Source of the DNA: Candidatus Woesearchaeota archaeon CG10_big_fil_rev_8_21_14_0_10_37_12 | GTDB taxonomy: Archaea; Nanobdellota; Nanobdellia; Woesearchaeales; ARS49 | Direction of reading: 5' to 3' | Assembly (NCBI GenBank): GCA_002762795.1 | Contig: PCYA01000014.1 | Span: 73,205-137,204 of the forward strand | DNA length: 64,000 nt | Shown: positions 10,042-20,095 of the stretch, piece after piece | Numbering within the stretch: the first letter of the stretch is position 1 | How the letters are laid out: each line of letters opens with the position of its first letter | The notes under the pieces: model-generated | What the model saw: the letters and a program-made list of their open reading frames with translations, nothing else | Database searches by the model: none | What the model was told of the DNA's origin: nothing | Position numbers and translations under genes: made by a program

Positions 10042-10721
10042 CTCACATCAATTTGTCTTTCTGTCCTTATTTGTTCTTCTTGTTTTTCTCTTTTTTCCAG
10101 TTTATATTTTTCAACAAGTTTGCTCGCCATTCTGTGTGCTAAGTGTAATGGTTCTGGTAATTTATGTGGCAGGCAAACACATTGTTTGACAATTTGTGCT
10201 GCTTCTTCAACAGTTATCAAATTTCCTGGAGAAACATAAAGTGGCTTTGCATGTTCTTTCGTTAATACTCTTTTGCCAGTGAGTTCTCCATTAAAAAAAA
10301 TCCTATCTTCTTGTTCTTCTCCAGATAATAATTTTGTTCCAACTCCAATAACTGGTTTACTAAGTTCTGTGCCAACAAAGTTTGCAAGTCCTGCTTTTTC
10401 TGGGTGCAAAATTCCATCGCCTGAAACAATTAAAACATCTGGTTCGTATTCAAGATCGTAATATGTTTGACAAATAACTGGTCCTTCTCTGAATGCAATA
10501 AGTCCAGGGATATAGTTTATTGGTGGCTTTGTCACAGTGTATGTTTTTTCTTTTATTTCCATTGTTTGTGCATCAACAACAACTGCTGTGCAAATGCATT
10601 TGTCTGCAAAATAAGCTACTGCGAATCCTGCAAAGTATTTTGGCACTTCTGATAATTCTATCACTTTGATCTGTTTAGCTATTCCACTCTGTCTGTCGTT
10701 TAAATTGCCAACTTTTTCCAT
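10035..10721 (-). CDS. nfi: Endonuclease V homolog, probably catalytically altered
   Basis: YIPGLIAFREGP, G.GILHP...GLA, PLYVSPG and KLPEPL..AH motifs are present; both catalytic Asp positions are substituted. Confidence 0.85.
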   Translation of the reverse strand: MEKVGNLNDRQSGIAKQIKVIELSEVPKYFAGFAVAYFADKCICTAVVVDAQTMEIKEKTYTVTKPPINYIPGLIAFREGPVICQTYYDLEYEPDVLIVSGDGILHPEKAGLANFVGTELSKPVIGVGTKLLSGEEQEDRIFFNGELTGKRVLTKEHAKPLYVSPGNLITVEEAAQIVKQCVCLPHKLPEPLHLAHRMASKLVEKYKLEKREKQEEQIRTERQIDVSC

Positions 10722-10804
10722 CTTTTGTTTCCCACTCTTTTCAAGTATGATCGAGAATAAGCCCTATTTAAAACTTTCGTTTTTAATTACTACGAAGTAA
10801 CAAA

Positions 10805-11965
10805 TCATCTATGGGTTTGTGAGATGAATTTTTCCAATCTGTTGAGTGCTTTCTCGATAATAGATAGTTTTGTTGCAAAGCTAAAACGCATATAGCCTTC
10901 TCCTGCTGAACCAAAATCTATACCTGGCACTGCTGCTACTTTTTGTTTTTTCAATAAGTCAAAAGCGAATTTTTTGCTGTTTTTGCTAATGTGCGAAATG
11001 TTTGAAAATGCGTAAAATGCACCTTTTGGCACAGGTGTCATCAAACCCAGTTCATTTAATCGTGGAACAATCACATCTCTTCTCTGTTGATATTCTTTAA
11101 CCATCCCATGAACATATTTTTTTGGAAGTTGCAATGCCTTGACTGCCAGTTTTTGAGAAATTGTTGGGGCGCAAATGCTTGCTTCAACATGCATTTTTTT
11201 GATTCCTTTTGCTGCTTGTTCTGGTGCCGCAACATAACCAAGCCTAAAACCACACATAGCATAACTTTTTGACATAGTTTGAAAGGTGAATACTCTATCA
11301 GACATTCCATTGAGAGATCCGATACTGATGTGTTTTACATCATCATATAGAATATATTCATAAGCTTCATCCGAGAATATTGCCAAATCATATTCGACTG
11401 CAAGATCTGCAAGCTCTTCAAGTACCTTTTTACGAATAACATTCCCTGTAGGGTTAGCCGGTGAGTTAATAAGCAAAACTTTTGTTTTTCTTTCGTTAAT
11501 TTGTTTTTTTATTTCATCAGGATTTGGCTCAAAAGCGTTTTCTTCGCGTAATTGAAAAAATTTTGGAACGGCATTAAAAATTTCAACAGTTGGCAAATAA
11601 GCCATATAACTCGGATTAGGCAGTAAAATCTCCTCAGAAACATCCAATGTTGTCGCAGTTGCAAGCAATAATGCTTCTTGTGACCCTGATGTTACAACAA
11701 CATTTTCAGGGTTTGCTTTGATATCATTTTCTTTTTTAAGCTTCTTACAAATAGCTTCACGAAGTTCTAGCAATCCTCCTGGTGTAGAATAATGATTACT
11801 TTGGTTTGCAAGTTTTTTAATTTCTGAAACAAGCGGCTTTGGTAAAGAAAAATCAGGTTCCCCAGGCCCAAGAGATAACACTTCAGGATGATCTGTCATC
11901 AATTCGAGTAGTCTCTCGATAACTAAATCTGGTAGCTGTTCTTCTCGTTCTGATATGTGCACCAT
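10805..11965 (-). CDS. Class I PLP-dependent aminotransferase (aspartate aminotransferase-like)
   Basis: GEPDF, NSPANPTG, SDEAY and SKSYAMCGFRLG motifs. Confidence 0.92.
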   Translation of the reverse strand: MVHISEREEQLPDLVIERLLELMTDHPEVLSLGPGEPDFSLPKPLVSEIKKLANQSNHYSTPGGLLELREAICKKLKKENDIKANPENVVVTSGSQEALLLATATTLDVSEEILLPNPSYMAYLPTVEIFNAVPKFFQLREENAFEPNPDEIKKQINERKTKVLLINSPANPTGNVIRKKVLEELADLAVEYDLAIFSDEAYEYILYDDVKHISIGSLNGMSDRVFTFQTMSKSYAMCGFRLGYVAAPEQAAKGIKKMHVEASICAPTISQKLAVKALQLPKKYVHGMVKEYQQRRDVIVPRLNELGLMTPVPKGAFYAFSNISHISKNSKKFAFDLLKKQKVAAVPGIDFGSAGEGYMRFSFATKLSIIEKALNRLEKFISQTHR

Positions 11966-12046
11966 CTTTTCAGCGTATTAATTGTTATCTTTATTTAAAT
12001 GTTTTTTAAGGCAAAGCTTAAAAACAATAATCGAATCCATATTGTT

Positions 12047-12847
12047 ATGAAAATAAAAGAGCAATTCATCGTTAGAAATTTTGCAATATCGCTAAAGTTA
12101 ATTAAAACCAACCTGCACTTGTTTGTACTTGCTTGTTTGGTTGATCTTGCATTTTTCTTTTCACTTGGCTTGTTTACTGCTCCTGTGAAAGACAGAATTT
12201 CATCTTACGCAGTTACACTAAATACACAATTATCACAAACACTTGCTTCAAGTAAAGGCGAAACAGTGAATTTATTGAGTAGGCTTTTTTCTCTAGAAGT
12301 TTCACCTATTACAAACAAAATAATTTTTTTTGTTATCACATCATTCATAATTTCTTATGCGGTCTTCGTAATTTTTCAAAGTACAAACTGGTGGCTGAAC
12401 AAAAAAATTGCGAATCAGAAAATAAAATACGAACAGTACGCTGCAAGTTTTGCAAAAATAAACTTAATTTGGCTTGCAGGTTATGTCATTTACAAACTAA
12501 TTGATTTAACTGTTGGGTTAAGAAAAGTCTTTATTGAAAAAATTGCTCCTGGAGCACCAAGTCCAAGTGAGCAATTAATATTTGTTTTGTTTATTTTCAT
12601 GTGTATCGCAGCATGGTTCAGCTATCCAGAATTAAAAGCAAAAGCATTGTTTAAAACACCCATAAAGAAAAGTGCGCAATTAATTATTTTTGCAGGAGTG
12701 TTGTATGGTTTACTGCAATTAATTTTATTTGTGATTGGAAAAGTAAATCCTGCTGGTGCAACAATTATTGGTATTTTGCTCATCCTTCCATTAATTAATT
12801 TTGTAAAAATATTGACAATAAAGGTGGTTTCTCATGTTCGTACATAA
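12047..12847 (+). CDS. Multi-pass membrane protein, coupled to lgt
   Basis: About 6 hydrophobic helices; overlaps the lgt start. Confidence 0.7.
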   Translation: MKIKEQFIVRNFAISLKLIKTNLHLFVLACLVDLAFFFSLGLFTAPVKDRISSYAVTLNTQLSQTLASSKGETVNLLSRLFSLEVSPITNKIIFFVITSFIISYAVFVIFQSTNWWLNKKIANQKIKYEQYAASFAKINLIWLAGYVIYKLIDLTVGLRKVFIEKIAPGAPSPSEQLIFVLFIFMCIAAWFSYPELKAKALFKTPIKKSAQLIIFAGVLYGLLQLILFVIGKVNPAGATIIGILLILPLINFVKILTIKVVSHVRT

Positions 12848-13577
12848 TTTGAATCCAACACTCCTTAATATTGGTCCGTTGGAAATCCGTTGGTATGGTT
12901 TAATGTACGTTTTAGCATTTCTTGTTACGTATTATTATGTTCGTTCAGTAATCCGCAAAGGAAAATTAAACTTGACTGAAAAAAATCTTGACGATTTACT
13001 TGGCTTGATGGTACTTGCATTGATTGTTGGCGCTCGTTTGTTTTACGCAATCTTTTACAATCCTGGTTATTTTGTTGCGCAACCGTGGAAGATTTTTTTT
13101 GTTTGGGAAGGTGGCTTGAGTTTTCATGGCGGATTAACAGGAATCATTCTGGTTACGTGGTGGTATGCACATAAGAAAAACCTCAAATTATTACAGTTAG
13201 CTGATGTGTTTTGCGTTCCGTTAGCGTTAGGCAATGCGTTTGGCAGGATAGGTAATTTTGTCAATGGAGAATTGTATGGTGTTGTGACTGATTTGCCGTG
13301 GGGAGTTGTGTTTCCAGGAGTTTCAGGAGTGCGTCATCCTACGCAAATTTACGAGGCATTGTATAATATTATTATTTTTGTTGTACTCTTTTTGATGCGA
13401 AACAAAGTCCGCTCGTATGGGTGCCTTTTTGGTTGGTATCTTGTATTATATGGTCTGTTCAGGTTTAGTGTTGAGTTTGTTAAAGATTTGCCACTGTATG
13501 GTCCACTTACAATGGGGCAATGGTTGACCATTCCTGTTTTTGTGATCGGCATTGTTTTAATTTGGAAGAAGAAATAA
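12834..13577 (+). CDS. lgt: Prolipoprotein diacylglyceryl transferase
   Basis: IRWYGLMY, GARLFY, WEGGLSFHGG, GRIGNFVNGELYG, RHPTQIYE and FRF.VEF motifs. Confidence 0.95.
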   Translation: MFVHNLNPTLLNIGPLEIRWYGLMYVLAFLVTYYYVRSVIRKGKLNLTEKNLDDLLGLMVLALIVGARLFYAIFYNPGYFVAQPWKIFFVWEGGLSFHGGLTGIILVTWWYAHKKNLKLLQLADVFCVPLALGNAFGRIGNFVNGELYGVVTDLPWGVVFPGVSGVRHPTQIYEALYNIIIFVVLFLMRNKVRSYGCLFGWYLVLYGLFRFSVEFVKDLPLYGPLTMGQWLTIPVFVIGIVLIWKKK

Positions 13578-13675
13578 TTTTTTCTCTGAACTCTTTACTT
13601 CCTACTTCAAACCTCTTACCTCAAACCATACAATACTTCGCAAAACTTAAATACAGTAAATGATTAGCAAGTTGT

Positions 13676-13870
13676 ATGATAAAAAAAGTTATCCTTTTAT
13701 TATTGATTATAAGCTTGCTTGTTGCAAGCTGCACAAACACTGTTCCTCAAATGAATCAGCAAAGTCCTGGAATGAATACTGCTCCTGCAAATGCAGTTCC
13801 AAGCAAACCACAGTATGAACCTCCACCAACTGCTCCAACTGACGAATCTCAGACTGATATTGATTATTAA
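13676..13870 (+). CDS. Small lipoprotein
   Basis: Basic N-terminus, hydrophobic stretch and LVASC lipobox; Pro-rich disordered tail. Confidence 0.7.
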   Translation: MIKKVILLLLIISLLVASCTNTVPQMNQQSPGMNTAPANAVPSKPQYEPPPTAPTDESQTDIDY

Positions 13871-13902
13871 AGATTAAATGTAAATAATAAAAAGAACCGA
13901 AT

Positions 13903-14181
13903 ATGATAAAAAAAGTTGCCAAAAAAACTGTGAAAAAAACCAGTAGCGGTCCAAAAGTGACTGTGTATTCTACGCCTACATGCCCATTTTGTCACAAAGC
14001 CAAAGACTTTTTAAAAGAGAACAAAATTGCATTTAAAGATATTGATGTCAGCAAAGATCACGATGCTGCGCAGGACATGATTGAAAAATCAGGCCAGATG
14101 GGCGTTCCAGTTATTGAGATTGGAGATGAAATTATTGTTGGCTTTGATAAGGCGAAGATGAAGAAGGCTTTGAAGTTGTAA
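13903..14181 (+). CDS. Glutaredoxin-like protein (NrdH/YruB family)
   Basis: YSTPTCPFC, GQMGVPVI and IVGFD motifs. Confidence 0.92.
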   Translation: MIKKVAKKTVKKTSSGPKVTVYSTPTCPFCHKAKDFLKENKIAFKDIDVSKDHDAAQDMIEKSGQMGVPVIEIGDEIIVGFDKAKMKKALKL

Positions 14182-14230
14182 TGTTATAAACATTCAATCA
14201 TAACTGTCTTACCATTTTCTGCACGGAAAA

Positions 14231-14476
14231 TCAATCGTAAATGATTTTCCTGTGATCAAAACAGTTAATTATCATTCTATCTTGTTCAAGTCTGTAGATT
14301 ATTCTAAATGGAGGGATTCGTACGCTGCGATGCAATTTGAAGTCATATTTTAAGGGCTTGCCTGTTTCTGGATTTTCAGAAAGTTTTTTCAGTTGTTTGA
14401 TAATTTTTAGTCTTGTACTTTTATCTTTAATTTTTCTATATTCTTTTGCGAAATCTTCAGAAAATATTATTTCCAT
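14231..14476 (-). CDS. RelE/ParE-family toxin
   Basis: NP..GKPL......RS.RI.PFRIIY.......I..F.HR..IY pattern. Confidence 0.88.
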   Translation of the reverse strand: MEIIFSEDFAKEYRKIKDKSTRLKIIKQLKKLSENPETGKPLKYDFKLHRSVRIPPFRIIYRLEQDRMIINCFDHRKIIYD

Positions 14477-14478
14477 TT

Positions 14479-14754
14479 TTAATGCATGAAAAGTTCATCA
14501 ATTTCTTCATCTTCCATTAAAGAGTTTACTTTGATAAATTTTCCTTCACGTATTTGCTTTTCACTCCGTTCAATATTTTCTATTAGTTGAATATCTCTCG
14601 TAAGAGTTTCCTTTCTTATAACTTTTAATAAAATATTTCCTCCTTCGTTAAAAACAAGAAATTTTGTTGATGGTTTTAGTCCTGCGTCTTTTCTTATTTC
14701 TGCAGGTATGACTACTTGCCCATTTTCTGATAGTTTTGTTATTGAAACTTCCAT
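14479..14754 (-). CDS. AbrB/MazE/SpoVT-family antitoxin
   Basis: KLSENGQVVIPAEIRK motif; directly upstream of the RelE gene; AGGTGA RBS. Confidence 0.88.
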   Translation of the reverse strand: MEVSITKLSENGQVVIPAEIRKDAGLKPSTKFLVFNEGGNILLKVIRKETLTRDIQLIENIERSEKQIREGKFIKVNSLMEDEEIDELFMH

Positions 14755-14836
14755 ACCAATCACCTAAAATGTATTTTAATATTAAAAGAGCTTGTATATA
14801 AAGCTTTCTGTGAGAAGTTTTAAATAAGAAGCTTGA

Positions 14837-15247
14837 AAGAGATTATCAGGGGCTAAAGTTAAAATAGATATAGGAAAGTTTGTAGAATATGTAGCTATTT
14901 TTGTTCCAGGAACAATTTTCTTAGTTTATTTATGTAATTATGGCAGTTTTAATTTAAACAGTCTGAAATTAGAGATAATAACGAACAACAGTTTCATATT
15001 TGCTTTTATTTTTATTACAACAGTCTTTGCGTTAGGAGCAATTCTGTATTTATTTGGGCACAGGTTAACTCCAAATGTGTTGGATTATTTTATTGGTCCC
15101 TTCAAAGAAGATACCTCCGTTCGTAGATATTGAAGACAATTTTGTAGTTCTGTTTCGCTTACATTATTTGTTATTATCCTAATGGAGTTTATTTTCGTAA
15201 TTATTTATTATGATCCTTATCAAGTAGTTCCATTAACAAAAAACTAA
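14837..15247 (+). pseudogene. Degraded membrane-protein reading frame
   Basis: ~136-codon hydrophobic frame with no start codon and a single in-frame TGA at 15131-15133. Confidence 0.5.
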
Positions 15248-15250
15248 ATA

Positions 15251-15374
15251 AAGAAAAACGCACTATTCCCCGACCTGAAGGTCGGGGTATTTATCGTGCG
15301 TTTTTCTACTTGCAAAGTTCGCCCTAAAGGGCGGGGTATTAAACCCCTCTACAAAGTTCTTGCGAACTTTGCAA
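15251..15374. mobile_element. IS200/IS605-end-like (REP/PATE-like) palindromes, two copies, no transposase
   Basis: CCCCGACC-TGAA-GGTCGGGG-TATT and CGCCC-TAAA-GGGCG-GGGTATTAAACCC, each nested in longer inverted repeats. Confidence 0.6.
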
Positions 15375-15382
15375 TAAAAAAA

Positions 15383-16348
15383 CTAAACCTTCGCCCCGCT
15401 ATAGGCTCTATTCCCTGCATTGCTTCTTGCGCGTTGCATTCTTGGCTGTACGCTGTATGCTGTTCTGCCAACGTCTGGATGTTTTGCATAGTGCGCTGCA
15501 TCATAAGCAAAGTTTGCTGGTGTTGCAGCCACTTTTGCTGGAACTATTCTTCCGTGCACGTGCGCTCCGTTGCCCATCGCATACACTGGTTGTCTTTCTT
15601 CTTCCCATCTTCTGAACTCATCACTGTGTTCTGGAATTTCTATTCGTGGACCTCCAATATATCGTGCAGGAATCAACTCTCGCTCTGGTAGTCTCATAAC
15701 AAGATCATTCATGTCAACTCTTTGTAGTCTGCTGTCTTTGAATGCTTTGTACCACGCTGCTTGTGCTGCTTGTTGCTGGTATTTTCCTTTGCGTTTCAAA
15801 TACATACCTACACCAATTGGCAAGGCTATTGAGCTCAAGAATCCTGCTGCTGCTCTGCCTGCTGTTGCACCATCTATTCCTAAAGTGTCTGAGATTTCTC
15901 GTCCAAGTCCTTTGTGATCTTGTATTCCTAATTCTTTGACTGCTTTTCTGTATCGTGATGCGTCTGCAATGTCTGCTAATTGTCCTGCTCCTGCTCCAGC
16001 GATGCTTGACGGCACTCCTCCTAGTGGGTTGCCCATCCAATAACTCGCTGTTGCCGCACCGTACAAGCCCATTTCTGCAGCGCGTAGCCATGCACCTGGG
16101 CGCAAGTAGCCTCTTAGTCCTGGATTGACAAACCATTGTACTTTTCCGTAGTTTTCTTGCATTCTTTTTACAAGTTCTCCTGCGTTTGCAGATGCTTTGT
16201 CTCCTGCCCATTCTCCATCATCTCTGAAAAGATACGGCTTAAGACTGTCTCCAAGAGTTTCAAGACCATGTCTGACAAAGTCTTGTTCTCCTTTTCCTGT
16301 GCAAGCAGTGCCGATGATTTTTTCCAGATTGTTGTTTAAGGCTACCAT
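15383..16348 (-). CDS. Hypothetical protein with Gly/Ala-rich hydrophobic segments
   Basis: 321-aa ORF with GGGAG RBS; last gene of a 3-gene cluster. Confidence 0.7.
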   Translation of the reverse strand: MVALNNNLEKIIGTACTGKGEQDFVRHGLETLGDSLKPYLFRDDGEWAGDKASANAGELVKRMQENYGKVQWFVNPGLRGYLRPGAWLRAAEMGLYGAATASYWMGNPLGGVPSSIAGAGAGQLADIADASRYRKAVKELGIQDHKGLGREISDTLGIDGATAGRAAAGFLSSIALPIGVGMYLKRKGKYQQQAAQAAWYKAFKDSRLQRVDMNDLVMRLPERELIPARYIGGPRIEIPEHSDEFRRWEEERQPVYAMGNGAHVHGRIVPAKVAATPANFAYDAAHYAKHPDVGRTAYSVQPRMQRARSNAGNRAYSGAKV

Positions 16349-16360
16349 TATTTTCTCCCT

Positions 16361-16747
16361 CTAATTTAGTTCGATAGTTGGATTTGTTATAACATCTAAT
16401 GCTTCATTGATTGTTAAGATGCCGATGAATTTGCCGTGTTCTGTAACAGGACAATTTCCAATATTGAGTTTTTTCATTTCATTGTATGCTTTAAGCACGC
16501 TTCCACCGTCGTCAAAAACCAAGATATCTTTTGTCATTATTTCTTCAACTTTTGTTTCTGGCCCTTTACCTTCTGCAACTAATCGGCCGTTAATATCGCT
16601 GATGGAAATAATACCAACAGGTTTCATTGTTTCATCTACAACATAGATTTGTCTTAATCCTGATTCTTTGATTGTTTTTGCAGCATCCTGTGCTGTTTGT
16701 CCAAGTTTACAATGTATTGGTTCTACTAGTCTGCATTGTTTTATCAT
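16361..16747 (-). CDS. CBS-domain protein
   Basis: Two CBS motifs (VVD....PVGIIS..DI; PV...GK.IGILT..E). Confidence 0.9.
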   Translation of the reverse strand: MIKQCRLVEPIHCKLGQTAQDAAKTIKESGLRQIYVVDETMKPVGIISISDINGRLVAEGKGPETKVEEIMTKDILVFDDGGSVLKAYNEMKKLNIGNCPVTEHGKFIGILTINEALDVITNPTIELN

Positions 16748-18858
16748 GTTCTTTCCTCCAAACTCGTTTGCTGAGCTTCTATTTTCTCATATGCTGAAGC
16801 GAGTTGAGTATTAAATGTTTTGATAGCTTTTTGTTGTTCATCAAGGAAGTTTGTGCAATTTCCAACTGCTTCTGCTACTGCTCCTGCGTAGTTTCCTCTG
16901 TGTTTTCCTCGTGTTGCAGCTTCCATTTCTCGACGCAAGTCTGATTCTCTTCGTGTTTGTTCTGTTAATCCAACAAGGTGTTTTTGTACAATTCTTGCTT
17001 GTGTTGCATACGCTCCTGCTACTGTTTGTACTTCAGCAGAACTGGTTACATCAATAAGAGCTGTTTCTAATTGTCTGTATGCTAAGATTGGGTCTCCTGC
17101 TTCAAGTGCTTCGGCAATTCTGTCTGACAATTCTGGGTCTCCGTGTTGTTGTGCAAATTCTGTTGCTGCGGTTGTAAATTGAAGCAGAGTTCTTTGCATT
17201 GTTCCTGTTGCTGCTTTTAATCCGTCTTCTGCTGTTTGTAATTCTTCGTATGCATTTGGTACATCAAATCTTGCTTCGCCATATCCTGCGTTTGTTTTGA
17301 TTCCAATTGCTGCATCTACATCTCTCAGTTGTCGTTCTACTGCAGTCATCGCATCGTATGCTTGTTGTGCTTCTGGTGCAAGTTTGCTTATTTTTGCTGC
17401 GTTGCGTGCTTGTTTTGTCCAATAGCTAATTGCTACTGGTTTGATAAGTAAACAGTTAAGTGCGAGTGCTGCTGCTGCGTATGCTGCTGTTAATCCCCAG
17501 TATACCCAGGGGAAGTATCCTTCTGATCTAGTTACCCAAAGAGTATAACCAAGTTGGTCTTGTGCATATTCAGCTGCATTGTCTATTTGCGCGTCTTCTT
17601 GTTTTGCCTTTCCATCAAGGTCTTTTACAAGGGAATCAACAGTTTTCTTTTTTGGCAAAGGTACTTTTGGTAATGTTCCTTCATCTGCGATAAATGTGCC
17701 GTCTTCTATTTGTCGTATTCTTGTTTCTAGTCTTTGTTTTAATAATTCTACTTGCGGCATCATGCCTTCTTTGAGTCCTAAGCGTACTGTTTCTGCTTCA
17801 TCCAACATAGCATATAAACGCAAAACTCTTGGTTGTACTTGCTCTATTAAGTCACGGTGTGGTCCTGCCTGTTCAAATGCTGTTTCCAGTGCAGCATATG
17901 CTTGCTGCAGTTTTTCATTTGCAGTATTCTTGTTTTGTTCTTGTTGTTCTTTAAGGAATGTGTTGAGTGCGTTTACTCTTGCACTTCTTTCTGACTCGCT
18001 TGCTCCAGGGTGTTCTCTGCAAATTTGTACAATTTCATCTTTTATTGAATCTCGGTATGCGAGCAATGCAGGGTCGTTTTGATCTGGTAATTTTGCAAAT
18101 GAGTTGTTTACAACTTCTGTTGCGCGCGTTATTATTTCCTCGCCTTCATCTGTTGCATCTAAAATATCTAATATGAGTTTGAGGTTTGTTGTGTATGTTG
18201 TTGTGTATTCTTGTCGTTTTGGTGCAAGGCCTACTTTATCCCATAGCCAATCTTGTATTCCTACTGATGCTTTTGGTAGTTCTGTTCCTGTTATTTTACT
18301 CCAGAAGTCATCATTTACTTGCAATTCGTATTCTGCGCTTCTCCAGAAGGTGTACCAAGAATCATATTTTGCGCGGTAATCTCTTTCTGTTCTGAATCCT
18401 TCAACAAGTTTGTCTAATCTTTCTAGTTCTGGTTTGAATTCTTCTTTGAATTGTTTTACTTTTGGAATTGTTTCTTGTTCAAGTTCTGTTGTTGCATTTT
18501 CAAATTGTTCAGTTACAAGTGCTCGTTGTATTACTCTGCCTGGAGTGGTTTCTCGTGCATGTTGAACAAGTGGTTTGCCTCCTAGTATGTATTGGTCTGC
18601 GCGCGCAAAATGTGGTTCGAGAACTGAAAATCCTGCAGTTTCAAGTGCAGCCAATCCTAAGAATGCTGTTGTTGGTCGTAAACCTGCTTTTGAATTGCGT
18701 TTCATTTGTTTGGCAAGTTTTGCGTACGCTTGCGTAGCTGTTGCTCTCTTAGCTTCAAGCAATTTTCTGCGTTTTGTTAAATCCGCAGTATCTTGTTGAA
18801 GCAACTCATCAAGCGCAAGCTCTTGCAATTCTTCCACTCTTTTAAATGGCCAAACCAT
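16744..18858 (-). CDS. Coiled-coil membrane protein of unknown function
   Basis: Helical, heptad-rich sequence with two hydrophobic segments; GGAGG RBS before ATG 18858. Confidence 0.75.
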   Translation of the reverse strand: MVWPFKRVEELQELALDELLQQDTADLTKRRKLLEAKRATATQAYAKLAKQMKRNSKAGLRPTTAFLGLAALETAGFSVLEPHFARADQYILGGKPLVQHARETTPGRVIQRALVTEQFENATTELEQETIPKVKQFKEEFKPELERLDKLVEGFRTERDYRAKYDSWYTFWRSAEYELQVNDDFWSKITGTELPKASVGIQDWLWDKVGLAPKRQEYTTTYTTNLKLILDILDATDEGEEIITRATEVVNNSFAKLPDQNDPALLAYRDSIKDEIVQICREHPGASESERSARVNALNTFLKEQQEQNKNTANEKLQQAYAALETAFEQAGPHRDLIEQVQPRVLRLYAMLDEAETVRLGLKEGMMPQVELLKQRLETRIRQIEDGTFIADEGTLPKVPLPKKKTVDSLVKDLDGKAKQEDAQIDNAAEYAQDQLGYTLWVTRSEGYFPWVYWGLTAAYAAAALALNCLLIKPVAISYWTKQARNAAKISKLAPEAQQAYDAMTAVERQLRDVDAAIGIKTNAGYGEARFDVPNAYEELQTAEDGLKAATGTMQRTLLQFTTAATEFAQQHGDPELSDRIAEALEAGDPILAYRQLETALIDVTSSAEVQTVAGAYATQARIVQKHLVGLTEQTRRESDLRREMEAATRGKHRGNYAGAVAEAVGNCTNFLDEQQKAIKTFNTQLASAYEKIEAQQTSLEERT

Positions 18859-19047
18859 AGTGTTGTTTATAACCTCCAAGTATATAAATCATCCCTTTAT
18901 TTGTTCCTGAGAAGTGATAAATTCTTGTTGTTTGTTTTCTCATTTTTCTCATGAAAGTAAGAAAGCATGAAGCGTATAATTAGGTTTCCATGAATAAATG
19001 CCACAAAACGCAACATTTATTAAACTGGTTTGCACTTTATGCGCAAA

Positions 19048-20052
19048 ATGGTTGATTTTTTTGGAAGAATAAGCGAGAAACGTGCTGTTGAGACTGTTAA
19101 AGAAGCTGAAAGAAAATTTATTTATGAGCTTGTTGATGACGCAAGAGCTCCTCTGACAAAGTTTGCCAAGAAATTAAGAGTGTCAAAAGATACTGCACAT
19201 TACACTTTAACCAAACTACAGAAGAGTCATGTTGTCGTGCATATTTCTCCAATTGTTGACCTGACACGATTTGGTTTCAGAACATATCATGCTTTTTTTG
19301 TTACAAACGATGATAATAAACAAAAGCGTACAGAGTTCTTAGAATACCTCAAAAAACACGCACACACAAAAAGTTTGATGGAATACACTGATCGGTGGGA
19401 GATTGAATGGATATTAATTGCAAAAAACGTGCAGGAATTTGACAGCATTATTATGAAAACAGTAACAAAATTTTCTGACGTGATCATTGAAAAAATGAAA
19501 CTGCTCGTGATTAAAGGTTACAAGTCAACAACTGTTGCAGCAAGGCACATTCCTGAATTAAAAAATCCAAAGAGTTACGAATATGATAATGCTGATTTAA
19601 AACTGTTAAATTTTCTTCATGAAGACGGACGCATGAGTTCGCATGCAATTGCTGAGCAGCTAAAAATTTCTCCGAATGCAGTGCGTTATCGCATAAAAAA
19701 ACTAATTGAAACAAATATAATTCGTTCATTTTCTGCAACAATAAATATGAGCGCGCTTGGATATCACGTGTACACTGTTGGTCTTATTTTGAAATCGTTG
19801 AGCGAGGAGCAAGAAGCAAAGATGCGCGAGTTTTTCAGAAATAAACGATTTATTATTCGTGCAGTAAAAGTGCTTGGCCACTGGGATGTTTTGCTTACTA
19901 TTGTTTCAGATTCAATCAAACATTTTCATACCACTGTTAAAGAGATCGAAGATGCTTTTTCTGATGTCATTATTAATTATGAATCTTTGATTGCATATGA
20001 AGAACACGTGTTCAAATATATTCCTGATGTTGTCATGAAGGAGAAGAAATAA
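19048..20052 (+). CDS. Tandem (double) Lrp/AsnC-family transcriptional regulator
   Basis: Two HTH + RAM repeats; the second is D..LL..L.EDGR.S...IA..L.IS..AVRYRIKKL. Confidence 0.88.
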   Translation: MVDFFGRISEKRAVETVKEAERKFIYELVDDARAPLTKFAKKLRVSKDTAHYTLTKLQKSHVVVHISPIVDLTRFGFRTYHAFFVTNDDNKQKRTEFLEYLKKHAHTKSLMEYTDRWEIEWILIAKNVQEFDSIIMKTVTKFSDVIIEKMKLLVIKGYKSTTVAARHIPELKNPKSYEYDNADLKLLNFLHEDGRMSSHAIAEQLKISPNAVRYRIKKLIETNIIRSFSATINMSALGYHVYTVGLILKSLSEEQEAKMREFFRNKRFIIRAVKVLGHWDVLLTIVSDSIKHFHTTVKEIEDAFSDVIINYESLIAYEEHVFKYIPDVVMKEKK

Positions 20053-20095
20053 TTCTAAAAGCTTATAAACATCATAACCCAAAAAAAAAGTATTC

